DNA of 63,179 nucleotides, counting the filler, from Octopus bimaculoides (taxonomy: Eukaryota): the NCBI RefSeq assembly GCF_001194135.2. It is 6 parts of 6 records of this genome, joined end to end, with 100 filler letters (N's around TTAATTAATTAA, not from the genome) between each part and the next. Parts side by side here need not be neighbours in the genome. Positions count along the whole stretch, not along the records: positions 15,805 to 39,477 come from NC_068990.1; positions 39,578 to 54,013 come from NW_026334834.1; 4 more parts are not named here. One strand, written 5' to 3'. Position numbers and translations under genes: made by a program. Positions 26,100-39,734 of the stretch are shown here, one piece after another (the stretch's first letter is position 1; each line of letters starts with the position of its first letter). The notes beneath the pieces are model-generated. The model did no database searches and was not told the DNA's origin. It saw only the letters and a program-made list of their open reading frames with translations.

Positions 26100-26700
26100 A
26101 CAAAAGATAATGTTTCCTTTATCAACGAATTTATACAGTAAAGAGTGAAGAAGATAACATACTTGTTTTTAAAGGACAATGAAGTAGTGTTTATACATGT
26201 CCAAGAAGGGAAATTTAGTAAAATATCTAGCTGAAGTGTAACAGAATGTATATTCTGTTAATTGAGGGAGGGCAAGTCGAAACCTGTAACTGGTTTTTGA
26301 ACTGAGAATAAGGTAAGAAAACAGGTTGAACTTTATACCACATGCTTACCCACTGGCTCATTTTATAGTTCATCAATTTGTAGTTGTAGAAACAGACATG
26401 AATTAAAGACAAGTGATATTGGCATGGATATCAATCCTTGGTTTATCACCCTTGAATGGTAATATGGACATTTGGTGAGTGCAGAAGTGATCGGCAACAA
26501 CATGTGGTTAGATAGGATTCATCTGGATATTTCATTAGTAATGAAGACTCTAAGGCTATCTTGGAGCTCTGCTTCATTGAGAGAGTGAATTGGAGGTCAG
26601 TCCAACTGGTAGTGCATGGCAAAATGTCTAGTTGCTACACATGTGGTAGCACTGGCCACTTAAACAGGTTCTTCTCAAAAGAGAAGCAAAGGCAATGGAA
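26100..26700 (+). mobile_element. L1/Tx1-like ORF1 relic with zinc knuckle
   Basis: VQLVVHGKMSSCYTCGSTGHL at ~26600-26662 (Cx2Cx4H, last Cys lost); flanks heavily decayed, boundaries approximate. Confidence 0.45.
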
Positions 26701-27364
26701 ATGGAAGGTGGAGGAGTGAAGCAAAAGCAGTTGAAGAAGTCTGAGGTGAAGGCCTATGCTACCACAGTTTTCAGAGCACTGCTGGTTACAGCTTTGGTCA
26801 TGGCCAAAGTATAAGCAAGCAAATTCGTTTTCTTTTTAGGTAGCATCAACACGTGTTGAAAACAACCAAAAATCTAAAGGTTTATCTTCCCAAGTGTACT
26901 GGACCTGCCAGAGGTTATGAGCATCAATAACACCCTACGTTTTGTAGCAATGGAGAAAAATTGAAACTGAAGAAAGGAGGGAAGTTAATAAGGAAAGAAT
27001 GTGAGGCAAAAATCAGTGATTCCTAATAAAAAGTAAATCAGAGGCTGGAAATCTGTTACAAAGTGGTGATAACCCTATGCTTGGGCCTAACAATTCAGTA
27101 GCAGTAGACTGAGATGGAGAATGAGGAGAATACTGTGCTGATGAAGGAGGAATAGGAAGGTATGGGGAAGATTATATAAAGTACAACAATGAAGAAACTT
27201 AGGGGAAAATGGTAAAACCAAAACCACAAATATAGAAGGAACTAATTAGTCAGAGGCTTCCTTGTTTACCTAAACTTGAAACTGAATCGTCTACCTAATG
27301 AGCTTTATGCATATATACCAGATTTTGTTTGCCAATATCTTGGCTGACACTTACATCTCTCTCT

Positions 27365-27757
27365 TTACTCTTTCACTTGTTTCCGACTGTGGCCATGCTG
27401 GAGCACCGCCTTTAGTCAAGCAAATCGACCCCAGGGCTTATTCTTTGTGAGCCTAGTACTTATTCTAGCAGTCTCTTTTGCCGAAACACTAAGTAATGGG
27501 GACGTAAACACACCAGAATCGGTTGTCAAGCGGTGTTGGGGGAACAAACACAGACACACAAACACACACATATATATATATACATACACATATATATGAC
27601 AGGCTTCTTTCAGTTTCCGTCTATCAAATCCACTCACAAGGCTTTGGTTGGCCCAAAGCTATAGTAGAAGACACTTGCCCAAGGTGCCACGCAGTGGGAC
27701 CAAACCCGGAACCATGTGGTTGGTAAGCAAGCTACTTGCCACACAGCCACTCCTGGC
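27365..27757 (-). mobile_element. SINE family B, full length with internal TA/CA microsatellite
   Basis: Head and CORE-like part 27596-27757; 3' part ending ggtgctccagcatggccacagtc on the minus strand. Confidence 0.82.
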
Positions 27758-28595
27758 CATAGAACAGATGATATTCCCAGTACTGTGGATTGAGGAATGA
27801 TAGGGCAGCTGAGAAAGGACACAAACAAGGAGGAATAACTAATCATTTTTTACCCATATCCCTGTTGAGTGTATTGATAGGGACTGGATAGAATTGGCAG
27901 AATTATTAGAGCAATGAATAAAATGTTTTGTGATAACTAATCTGGCTTTAATGTTCTGAGTTGAAATCCTGCAGAGATCACTTTTGCTTTCATCCTTCTG
28001 GCATATTGATTTCATTACACAAATCCCTCTCCCACAAGTTTTTTTATCCTGTGCTTGTGTTAAAAACAATAAATTTCATGAAGGCAATGCCTTGGCAGAA
28101 ACATTGGAGCATTATTAAAAATATATCATTGTGTTTTTCCAGCTCATTATGTTCAAAGTTCAAATCTTTCTTAGATCAACTTCGGCTTTCATCCTTTGGA
28201 GACTGATAAAATGACATACCAGTCAAATATTGGGGTTGATGGTATTGATTAACCATTTTCTCAGTCATATGATCTATTGTTTTCTCAGTTCATGTCTAAT
28301 TGTACTTTTAGGCATTAAAAATTCTTAGCCATTAGTGTGTAGGAATGCTTACATAAGACTTTTTATTAATAAGTCTGCGTTTGAGCGTTGAATATATACA
28401 TATGTGTGTGTGTCTCTATATATGAACATATTTATGTATATATGTATAACATATGTATGTATGTCCCAAAAAACTGGTATCATTAGGCTGTAGTTGGCAT
28501 AATAAAAGTGGAGCTTTTATGTGTGTATTCAAAATGTTGCCCATAAATGAACTTAAAGGATATATAGGCTTACATACATACATACATACATACAT

Positions 28596-28630
<35 letters not shown>

Positions 28631-29547
28631 NNNNNNNNNNNNNNNNNNNNNNNNNNNNNNNNNNNNNNNNNNNNNNNNNNNNNNNNNNNNNNNNNNNNNN
28701 NNNNNNNNNNNNNNNNNNNNNNNNNNNNNNNNNNNNNNNNNNNNNNNNNNNNNNNNNNNNNNNNNNNNNNNNNNNNNNNNNNNNNNNNNNNNNNNNNNNN
28801 NNNNNNNNNNNNNNNNNNNNNNNNNNNNNNNNNNNNNNNNNNNNNNNNNNNNNNNNNNNNNNNNNNNNNNNNNNNNNNNNNNNNNNNNNNNNNNNNNNNN
28901 NNNNNNNNNNNNNNNNNNNNNNNNNNNNNNNNNNNNNNNNNNNNNNNNNNNNNNNNNNNNNNNNNNNNNNGTTTTCAGCAGTTTATTTCAAATGCTATTT
29001 TTAAAATCTGATCAAAGAACCTGATGATTATCTTTTCAAAGAAAATACAGAAAAATTGTGATTTTTTCCAGAATACATTTCCAATCAGTTTATCATTGCT
29101 GCAATCCCAGATAAAATTCAAATTTGAAATAGATTATTTTTAGATATTCTCTTCAAGTGACAAAAACCATGAGCTAATAAAACTAAAATAAGCTGAAATA
29201 GATGTACTAAAAGCATTATCTATAGTTTTGTGAGATTTAGAAGAATTTTTTTCCTTATGAATGTTTATAGGTGAGTTTTGTAATAGATCAGTTAATTAGT
29301 GAAGCGAATCAAAACTAAAAGGTATAGTTTAGGGGGGAGATTAAAACTTTACTCTTATCTTCAGGTCTTAGTAGGGCTGAATCTTTTCATTCAAAGTTGA
29401 GATTTGGAGTTTCACTGTAGAAATATAAAGTTTATAAATAAACAGATTAGTTAGATATACAGATATGTATTTACTTCATGTGCCTGGTCAGTGTTAAGAT
29501 ATACTAGTGATAAAAAATAAAATACACAGATTTTTAAGACTACATAA

Positions 29548-30112
29548 TGTGCCTCAAGTGCTGTAATTCAGAATTGCATCTGATGTTGTATATCCAAAAA
29601 AATGATAAAAGGATACAAAATTGAATGAATAAAGATAAAGGGAATTTGAGAAAAAAGAATAAAAAGTGAAAGAAGCCAAATAAATTACAAATTAAGTATA
29701 TGATGAAATAATTGTGCGTATAAATATGCATATGTGTATGTATGTGCACATATATATATGTATATATATGTGTGTATGTATATATATGCGTATGTGTGTG
29801 TGTATATCTATAAATATTTTCACACCCTTGTACATAGACACACACACATATACATACATAAATAAATACATATACATGCATACACATGCAAACACACATA
29901 TAGTCCATATACACAATATTTTATAAAATTAGATCCTTCAATACATAATCTTATCACTTATTTGTCTTCTTTTCTATATTTCCTTTTTGTTTTGTTTTTT
30001 GTTTTACTCAAATTTTTTTCCAATCTTCATTCAATTTTTTGTCTTCTCCTTTTATCATATTTTTGGATATACTCCATCAGATGTAATTCCGAACATGATC
30101 ACTTGAAGCACA
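29548..30112. repeat. Old inverted repeat (~150-170-bp arms) around a TA/CA microsatellite
   Basis: tgtgcctcaagtg...catctgatg...tatatccaaaa.atgataaaagga at 29548+ matches the reverse complement of 29940-30112. Confidence 0.75.
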
Positions 30113-31078
30113 AAATATAGACTCTCTGTGCGTGGGGGTGTATGTATAGTTGTGTGTGTATATATATGTATTCACACACACACACACAGATATATATATA
30201 TANNNNNNNNNNNNNNNNNNNNNNNNNNNNNNNNNNNNNNNNNNNNNNNNNNNNNNNNNNNNNNNNNNNNNNNNNNNNNNNNNNNNNNNNNNNNNNNNNN
30301 NNNNNNNNNNNNNNNNNNNNNNNNNNNNNNNNNNNNNNNNNNNNNNNNNNNNNNNNNNNNNNNNNNNNNNNNNNNNNNNNNNNNNNNNNNNNNNNNNNNN
30401 NNNNNNNNNNNNNNNNNNNNNNNNNNNNNNNNNNNNNNNNNNNNNNNNNNNNNNNNNNNNNNNNNNNNNNNNNNNNNNNNNNNNNNNNNNNNNNNNNNNN
30501 NNNNNNNNNNNNNNNNNNNNNNNNNNNNNNNNNNNNNNNNNNNNNNNNNNNNNNNNNNNNNNNNNNNNNNNNNNNNNNNNNNNNNNNNNNNNNNNNNNNN
30601 NNNNNNNNNNNNNNNNNNNNNNNNNNNNNNNNNNNNNNNNNNNNNNNNNNNNNNNNNNNNNNNNNNNNNNNNNNNNNNNNNNNNNNNNNNNNNNNNNNNN
30701 NNNNNNNNNNNNNNNNNNNNNNNNNNNNNNNNNNNNNNNNNNNNNNNNNNNNNNNNNNNNNNNNNNNNNNNNNNNNNNNNNNNNNNNNNNNNNNNNNNNN
30801 NNNNNNNNNNNNNNNNNNNNNNNNNNNNNNNNNNNNNNNNNNNNNNNNNNNNNNNNNNNNNNNNNNNNNNNNNNNNNNNNNNNNNNNNNNNNNNNNNNNN
30901 NNNNNNNNNNNNNNNNNNNNNNNNNNNNNNNNNNNNNNNNNNNNNNNNNNNNNNNNNNNNNNNNNNNNNNNNNNNNNNNNNNNNNNNNNNNNNNNNNNNN
31001 NNNNNNNNNNNNNNNNNNNNNNNNNNNNNNNNNNNNNNNNNNNNNNNNNNNNNNNNNNNNNNNNNNNNNNNNNNNNNN

Positions 31079-31122
<44 letters not shown>

Positions 31123-31131
31123 TCTGCTCAT

Positions 31132-31312
31132 ATGTCTGTGCACACCTTTCAATGCAGTATATGCCAGAATGTTTGCAAATCTAATGGAAGCCTCAAAAGA
31201 CATTTTAAGATCCACAAAGATCAGAACTTATCTGCAGCTCTTGGTGGTCCAAATTAGATATGTAATCTATGTGGGTGTCTTTCCAAAACATTATCTGGTT
31301 TACATCTGATGT
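31132..31312 (+). pseudogene. Decayed tandem C2H2 zinc-finger fragment: FQCSICQNVCKSNGSLKRHFKIH...*ICNLCGCLSKTLSGL
   Basis: One perfect C2H2 finger, an in-frame stop, then a second finger truncated by the mariner relic; no TGEKP linker, so possibly a LINE C-terminus. Confidence 0.55.
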
Positions 31313-31600
31313 GATGTCTTCATGCACAACATTTCTGATTGTTTTTTTCTGACACACAAAATATTTTACAATTAGCCTCATTGACCTTCCTGGCTTTTCT
31401 TCAACGGTTTACTTAACTTCCTGAATAAATTCAGGTGCTCTGACAGAATCAGGATGTTTGGAATGTTTTTCTTTTACATTTTCATACAAGTAATACATTC
31501 CCATCTTCTTTCTTTAACTTACTCTGAATCTTGTGTACAAATGACCTTGCAACTTTCAGAAAATGAGAAATTTCTAAATCAGCCTTCAAAGCCATAATCA
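31310..31600 (-). mobile_element. Tc1/mariner-superfamily transposase N-terminal (HTH) relic
   Basis: Degenerate translation DLEISHFLKVARSFVHKI...KHSKHPDSVRAPEFIQEV...PGRSMRLI...TIRNVVHEDI with a stop and a frameshift. Confidence 0.6.
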
Positions 31601-31689
31601 CATCATGCCTTTTCATATATATACATGCAGGCAGACACACATGCACACACAATATAGATCGCTAGCCACTAAACACTTTTTTATTTTCT

Positions 31690-31831
31690 CTCCCTCTTTA
31701 TTTCTTTGTCTCTTTCTGTCGAAGAGCATAGGCTCGAAACATAAAAGACTATCTCACTTCCCGAGCATTAAACTAATACACCAGTTTGTTGTTTATACAC
31801 TCGTCTTCATCTTTTGTTTTTTTGTAAATTC

Positions 31832-31840
<9 letters not shown>
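31690..31840 (+). mobile_element. Family-2 hammerhead-bearing non-autonomous element ending in (TA)n
   Basis: Homologous to 61600-61775 (aaagact.tc...ttcccga.c.t.a.actaata...); both end in TA arrays. Confidence 0.6.
31711..31748 (+). ncRNA. Minimal hammerhead-like motif, family 2 (more decayed copy)
   Basis: tcttt-CTGTCGA-a-gagc-atag-gctc-GAAA-ca-TA-aaaga; same stems I/II as 61641, stem III G>A; similar downstream tail ending in (TA)n. Confidence 0.5.
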
Positions 31841-31915
<75 letters not shown>

Positions 31916-31928
31916 TAGATAGATAGAT

Positions 31929-31967
<39 letters not shown>

Positions 31968-33621
31968 AATATAGATACATGTAGAGAATTGATGTCTAAA
32001 CACCAGAGAATAAATCCACACTAATTAAGAGCTCAGTTAATAACAGTTCATAAAGCTACATTGTAGTAAATCTAAGAAGGATCGATTTGTATGTATCTAC
32101 ATAATTGGTTAAAGTGTACCTTAAGAGCAACATATTTAGCATAAATTTTATAAATGGTATATTTTTTAAATGTGCAGAACAACTGTTTCAATGAAATAAA
32201 CACAACAAATACATAATTGCATGACTATGATACATAATTGTGTTTACCTAACTAATCGGGTGTGTTGTAAGGCACAGGTCTGCTTTTATTAAATTTTATT
32301 TAATTCAATTTACTATGTAGTGCAATATTGTGTGCGTGCATGTGAGTGTGTACATATATATATATGTATATATGCATGTATGTACATAAACACACATATG
32401 CATATATGCTTGTTCCCATAGATATGTCTATACTCACAGACACATATATATGTATATGTTATTGTGGAAACTACCAGATAAATTAATCTTTTAAATCATT
32501 TTCTCTTTTCTGAAATATTAAATTGTTAGTTTTTTTTTCTAAAGATAAGACTTAATTTTATAATTCAGTTACATATGAGAGGAAGTCATAATTTTCTAAT
32601 AATCCTTTAATCTACCTTGAAGTGCAATTTCTCTGAATAAGGGCTGACACGGATCTTAATGAACTGTCAAAAGCTGCTAGCATGAAAAATGGAGATAATA
32701 TGATGAACTTGCATTTACACACACGTGTGCGCATGCACACACACACACATACTACAAACATGCATGCACACAATCAAATGCCTTCACATGAATACAGAAT
32801 TATAATAACCATCATATATGCAAATACATACAAAGATATGCATATGCTGGTGTGTATGTGTGTGTGTGTCTGTACATATTTGTGTGTCTGTGTATGTGTG
32901 TTCCTGTAATTTCATAAATATGCATAGTTAACACTATATATATGTATAAATTCTCCAATATATTTATGGTCTCAAATTTAGATTCATTTAGAATCGCACT
33001 TATACAGATATACATAACAGGAAATATACACTATACACACGTATACATATGTCTAGTATATATAATATACATATAACATATTTTTGCCTCAAAATATCTC
33101 AAAGAAACAAAGCTATTTTTTTCTCATTTTTCTCATTTTATTCTTCTTGTTTGTCTCATTTTTTTCTCTTTGTTAAAACATTTTGTCAGATTTTTTTATA
33201 TGCAACTTTATCAGACATTTTCTTGAACTAAATTTTTTTGCGATTATTATTTTAGTTATTTGATGTTTGGAATATTTAAAGACAGAAGATAAAAGAAGAG
33301 AAAAAATGAATCTTCTTTTGTATTATAAAAATTGCCAAGTTTGAGGAAATGGTAAGAAAGAAATGGAATCGTAAAGTTTAAAATGAAGCACCATGAGGAA
33401 AATATAAGCTAGACTGATATACTTAAATTAAAAACATGATGAAAGAAAAAAAATTTACATTCTTATCTATATGTGTATGTGCGTATGTGTGTGCATACAT
33501 ACATGTGCATATATGCATATTCATATATATGCAATGCCAAAAATATCCAAATAATGATATAGATACCAATAATAGTAATAATAATGATTTCATTTTTTTT
33601 GCCATAAGGATGGCTTGGGGG

Positions 33622-33792
33622 AAGGGATTAAGTCGATTACATCGACCCTAATGTGTAACTGGTACTTATTTAATCAACCCCAAAAGGGCGACAGGCAAAG
33701 TCGACCTCAGTGGAATTTGAACTCAGGACGTAAAGATGGACGAAATACCGCTAAGTATTTTGCCCAGTGTGTTAACGATTCTGCCAGCTCAT
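33622..33792 (-). mobile_element. SINE family A
   Basis: Family core plus tRNA-like head ctggcagaatcgttaacac on the minus strand. Confidence 0.8.
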
Positions 33793-33959
33793 TGCTTTAA
33801 TGATAATAATAATAGTAGTAATAATAATGATGATGATGATGATAATGAAATTATAATAGTATTAATAATAATAATAATAACAATAATAATAATATTTACC
33901 TCAGTGTCACTTTGATGGCATGCACTGCTCTCTCACTCAATAATAATAATAATAATAAT

Positions 33960-35060
33960 ATACAACATGTTACCATGAAGAAAAAAATATGAAAGGAATA
34001 TTGCAGGAGAATAAGACTCATACTAAAAAACAAACTCAACTCCAAAAATTGCATTTAAGCCATTAACACCCTGGCACTTCCAGTAGTCTAATATAGTTTT
34101 AACATCATTAACTGGAATTTTATAGAGCTCCACCCCCTGGACAGGAAGGCAAGAAAACTACTAACTTCTAAGAAAATGCACCTCCCAAAAGCAGACGTTG
34201 CTCATCTGTACCTACCTAGAAGTAATGGGGGAAAAGGGATGATGCAGGTAGAACTGTGTTATAGGACCTCCACAATAGCAATGAACAGGTACTTATCTAG
34301 TACAGAGGACTGGATGCTGTGACTTGTGTGCAAACATGAAAGCAGCAAAAATTCACATTCTGTTGTCACGGAAGCTTGAAAATTCGCAAGGGAACTTGGC
34401 TTTAATCCTGAAATATATGAAGATCCTGAAACCACTGCCACAAAACAAGCAAAATGGATCAAGCAGACTGTAAAAAAGAATGGCCAGAAACATAAGCCTC
34501 TGCATGGACAGTATACTTCGAAGTCGAAATGCTGATGTAGATCAAGCAGCAACCCATCAGTGGCTGAAAAGCTCAGGACGGCAAGCAGAGACTGAAGGTT
34601 TCATAAAGGCAGTACAAGATCAAAGCTTGCTCAAAAAAACTTCCAGGCTAATGTTTTTCAAAACGGTTCAGACCTAAATGCAGATTCTGCAACACATCTG
34701 ATGAAACAATAGACCATCTCGTACCGGCATGTCCTGTGCTGACACCAAATGAATACAAATATTGGAAAATATGTTAACACTACAAAATCAGCACTCCTGT
34801 TTACTGGTATGGACATCATCCTGAGCCAGTCATTGAAGGTAAAAATGCGACTATCCTCTGGGATTTTCCAGTCAACACTGAGAGAACGATCCAGGCTAAT
34901 CAACCAGACATAATTATTAAAGACGGGGAAGAAAATACTTGTAGGCTAATAGATGTAAGTGTTCCCACTGATAAAAATATATCGGTCAAGGAATTTGACA
35001 AACCATGTAAATATAAGGACCTGGAAATTGAAATACAAAAGATGTGGTATCTTAAATAGT
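33960..35060 (+). mobile_element. R4/Dong-like RLE non-LTR retrotransposon relic (RT thumb, CCHC knuckle, restriction-like endonuclease)
   Basis: Degenerate translation: LYLPRSNGGKG, ETEGFI.AVQDQ, KCRFCNTSDETIDHLVPACP, ILWDFPV.TERTIQANQPDIII, KYKDLEIEIQKMW; TAA arrays on both sides. Confidence 0.88.
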
Positions 35061-35112
35061 AATAATAAGGATGTGGCATCTTAATAATAATAATAATAAT
35101 AACAATAATAAA

Positions 35113-35144
<32 letters not shown>

Positions 35145-35145
<1 letters not shown>

Positions 35146-35347
35146 CCTTTCTACCATAAGCATGAGGTCTGAAAGTCAGAGGAGAAGCATAGTCAATTAC
35201 ATTGACCCCAGTACTCAACTGGTACTCAATTTATCAACCCTGAAAGATGAAAGGCGTAGTCAACCTTGGCAAAATTTGAACTCAGAACGTAGTGGTAGAT
35301 GAAATACCGGTAAGTGTTTCAGGTATGGTAATGATTCTGCCAGCTCG
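35145..35347 (-). mobile_element. SINE family A within TAA arrays
   Basis: Family core; TAA repeats on both sides. Confidence 0.78.
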
Positions 35348-35409
35348 ATGCCTTAATAATGATAATAATAATAATAATAATGATAATAATAATAATAATA
35401 ATAATAATA

Positions 35410-35612
35410 ATATCAATGCCAGCAGATGACAACGTTTCTCTAAAAGAAATGGATAAACTTTCAACATACAAAGACCTGGAAATAGAGGTAACTCGAATGT
35501 GGAATCTAAAACCAGAAACAATTCCCATCATAGTAGGCGCATCACAGCAAACCACAGCACATACCCAAAGCACACCGAGCTGCGCTCAGTAGTGAAGTGA
35601 ATGCTACTAAAT
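35410..35612 (+). mobile_element. R4/Dong-like LINE 3' fragment with internal deletion
   Basis: SMPADDNVSLKEMDKLSTYKDLEIEVTRMWNLKPETIPIIVGA joined directly to the same 3' UTR as 3553-3650; TAA arrays both sides. Confidence 0.82.
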
Positions 35613-35623
35613 AATAATAATAA

Positions 35624-35693
<70 letters not shown>

Positions 35694-37454
35694 AAGAATA
35701 GTAGCAATGACAATTTAAGGAGAAGGAACAGGAAATGAAGAAAAAAAAGAAAAACAATGTAGAAGGCTATTATAGATGATGGTTGCTTAATGTGCCTCAA
35801 CATGGCTTTGAGCCAGAAACCCTATGGTTGCAAAGTAAACTTTTTAATGACATCTATTTCTGCACCTGAGGATAATGAGGCCAAAGAGGATAAATTAAAC
35901 TTATGCAAATAACAGTAATTATAATAGTATCATATCAATATCAAAATATGAAGAAGAGAGTGGAAGAAGAGGAAAAATGGATAAATAAAGTAAGAGAATA
36001 TTAATATTAGCATGATGGGATAGATATTGAAGACTGTAGGTGTTAGTCCCTTCAGGTTGGAACTATTCATTGAAATACAAAGTAATAAGACACATGTTCA
36101 ACAACAAATAGAATAAAACTACACATCACATTAGTTCAACCAGTTAACAGAAAAGAGGATTTAAGTGAAACAATAAAGAAAATTGAAAATAAAAAAAATG
36201 TAAGAACACTATTCAGTGAACATGGATCTATATAAAAACCAGACCTTGGAACATATGAAAAGACAGCTCCATCAAAAAATGAATAAAGGTAACAAAACCT
36301 TGCTGGAAATTCTCTCAAGGCAAACAAATTTTGCAGATATATCAATAGACTGAATGACTTAATCTATTGAGCAGTCAGGCAAACTATTTAGAGAAATCAG
36401 ACTTGAATTTAATAGCCTCATAGAACCATTCACTCTTCAAGAAAGGAATTGTCAGAATTATTATTCTCTATCAAAATTCCTTGTAGTATTTATTCTGGCA
36501 TGCTAAATATTCCACCAAGATCAGCTTTGGCTTTCATCTTTCCAGGGCTGATAAAATAAGATACCATTTGTGGAGTAGTAGACAGCATTTGATTCATCTC
36601 TTTGCATTTTAGGTTCTTGAGAGTAGCAGATTCACTCTTTCACCTGGTTTAACGCCTCTACTTTAGTCCTTGATTGTCTTTAGCAGAGTTCATTCTGTTG
36701 CAAGTCTCATTTTTATCCTATCAGTCTCTGAAGTTCTAAAGAAGAAAAAGGTCTCATGGCACTATCCTTCACTTTGTAACTAAAAAAAATCAATAAATTA
36801 AAATTCTGACCAAACAAAAATATATGCAAAGAAAATATTTTGAGCATATCAGGTTCAGAGTACAAGCTTCAAAAAGCTTTCAGCTGTCCTATAAGCTTTG
36901 CTTTATTTAACTTCTCATTTGTTACGTTGAATCTATAGTTTATAAGCAGAATGGTAAATATATCTATATTGTCTTATTTCTAACGTAAATTTAATTACTC
37001 TTTTTAATATCAGTCTGACTTTTCTAAAGTAATTCTTTTCTAATTCCTCTTTGTATATATATGGAGTAGGTAGAGCTTAATACAATGGAGAAGTACAACA
37101 AAGTAACAACAATGGGATAAAAGAAATATTTAAAAACAAGCAAGAGGATGTTGTTAATGTAATAAAAAATAATTTTTAAAAATATCAATATTGATGAGAA
37201 AATAATAAAGTAGAAACCTGAAAGGGATTACACTGTGGGACAATAAAATAACAGAAATAGTTAAAAACTCATCATCGTCGTCGTCATCATCATCATAATC
37301 ATCATCATCGTCATCATCGTCGTCGTCATCATTATCATCGTCGTCATCATCGTCATCATTATCATCGTTGTTGTCATTATCGTCATCATCATCATCGTCG
37401 TTGTCATCATCGTCATCATCATCATTGTCGTTGTCATCATCGTCATCATCATCA

Positions 37455-37720
37455 TCAGTTAGTGTGTATTTTCCATGCTGGCATGTGTTGGATGGTTTGA
37501 CTGGAACTGGTAAGCCAGAAGACTGTGCCAAGCTTCACTGTCTGGTTTGGCATGTTTTTTATAGTTGGATACCCTTCTTAACATCAACCACTTTACACAG
37601 AGGCCTAGGTGCTTTCTAAGTAGCACCAGCACTGGTGATGATAGTCTTGGTATGGTTTTATGACAGGATGCTCTTCATAATGCCAGCCACTTTATAGAGT
37701 AGACTGGGTACTATATGTGA
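37455..37720 (-). mobile_element. RTE-type LINE/SINE 3' end with (GAT)n tail (tail 37270-37455)
   Basis: Minus strand ends ccatccaacacatgccagcatggaaaat...(gat)n; homologous to 42410-42655 and 49600-49720. Confidence 0.65.
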
Positions 37721-38139
37721 GTGTGTGAGTAGGTAGTATGGGTAAATAGATAGAAAATAGAGAGATCTCATAGATAAATAGTTAAATAGATAGAAGGATA
37801 AATATATCTGCAAATATATATATGAACAAAGTGAAAATGAGTTAAAAGAAATAATTCAGTGTCCAGTAGCGTGTATTCACATGACAAATATGAATAAAGG
37901 TATATTAAATAACATACAAAATAAATTATTGATAAAGTGAACTTATCTTTGCTTCCAGAGAAAATGAAAGCTGATAAAACTAATGTATATTCCTGTAAAT
38001 CTGTAAATACACAATTATTCTGCACACACATGCATATAAATACTCATGAATGAATATACACAATGAAATATACATATACATAAATATATATATACATATA
38101 CATAAATATATATATACATATACATAAATATATATATAC

Positions 38140-38172
<33 letters not shown>

Positions 38173-38221
38173 CATATATATATACATATATATATATATA
38201 CATATATACATATATATATAC

Positions 38222-38252
<31 letters not shown>

Positions 38253-38710
38253 CATATATACATATATACATATATATATACATATATATATACATATATA
38301 TATANNNNNNNNNNNNNNNNNNNNNNNNNNNNNNNNNNNNNNNNNNNNNNNNNNNNNNNNNNNNNNNNNNNNNNNNNNNNNNNNNNNNNNNNNNNNNNNN
38401 NNNNNNNNNNNNNNNNNNNNNNNNNNNNNNNNNNNNNNNNNNNNNNNNNNNNNNNNNNNNNNNNNNNNNNNNNNNNNNNNNNNNNNNNNNNNNNNNNNNN
38501 NNNNNNNNNNNNNNNNNNNNNNNNNNNNNNNNNNNNNNNNNNNNNNNNNNNNNNNNNNNNNNNNNNNNNNNNNNNNNNNNNNNNNNNNNNNNNNNNNNNN
38601 NNNNNNNNNNNNNNNNNNNNNNNNNNNNNNNNNNNNNNNNNNNNNNNNNNNNNNNNNNNNNNNNNNNNNNNNNNNNNNNNNNNNNNNNNNNNNNNNNNNN
38701 NNNNNNNNNN

Positions 38711-38764
<54 letters not shown>

Positions 38765-39442
38765 CCAATAATGATGGATAACAATGGAATTCTCAAAGAT
38801 AAGAAAGAAAACGTAAAAAAAAACACTTAAGAGAATATTGGAATATTGCTAATATGCTGTAAAACATGCTAAATGGATATAGTTATACAATTCTTTTCTG
38901 CTTCCTCCTACTTTACCTGTCATCCTCATCACCCTTTTCATCTACATATGTATGCATGTACACATACATGGATATATAAATATATATGTATATATATATT
39001 TATATATGTACATATTTATGTATTTATATATACATATATATACATATATGTATATGTATGTACATATGCATATGTATATATCCATATATATATTATTTAT
39101 ATTATATAAATATATATATATATATATATACACTATATATTTTTATGTATTTGTGTATGTTTCTGTATATATATATATACATATACATGTACATAAAAGC
39201 ACGTGCATATTCATGTCTGTGTTTATCTATGCATATATATATATATGCACATGCATACACACATGCCCACACACAAATACACATACATGAGTGAAATTTG
39301 CAGTATTTTTTAGAACTCATATAACTCGAAGTCAAAAGCTCCTGAGAGAATAATATCAGTTTATATTAAAAAGTATTTAAATATAGTGTAAAAATATCGG
39401 TAAGGTGATTATAGAACTTAAAATAAAACATCATGTGTATAT

Positions 39443-39477
<35 letters not shown>

Positions 39478-39734
39478 NNNNNNNNNNNNNNNNNNNNNNN
39501 NNNNNNNNNNNNNNNNNNNNNTTAATTAATTAANNNNNNNNNNNNNNNNNNNNNNNNNNNNNNNNNNNNNNNNNNNNGTGTCAGACTGAATCCCCTTGAG
39601 AACTATGTCATAGGTACAATTGTCTGTGGAGTACTCAGCCACTTGCATGTTAATTCCATGAGCAGGCTGTACTGTTAATGAGACCAACTGCAACACTTGT
39701 CATTGTAACCAACAGAGCGCCAGTTATACATGAA

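Noticed and set aside
36540-36795. Possible exon in unique sequence downstream of the laminin cluster
   Set aside because: Stops in all frames after the candidate acceptors; no LE cysteine pattern.
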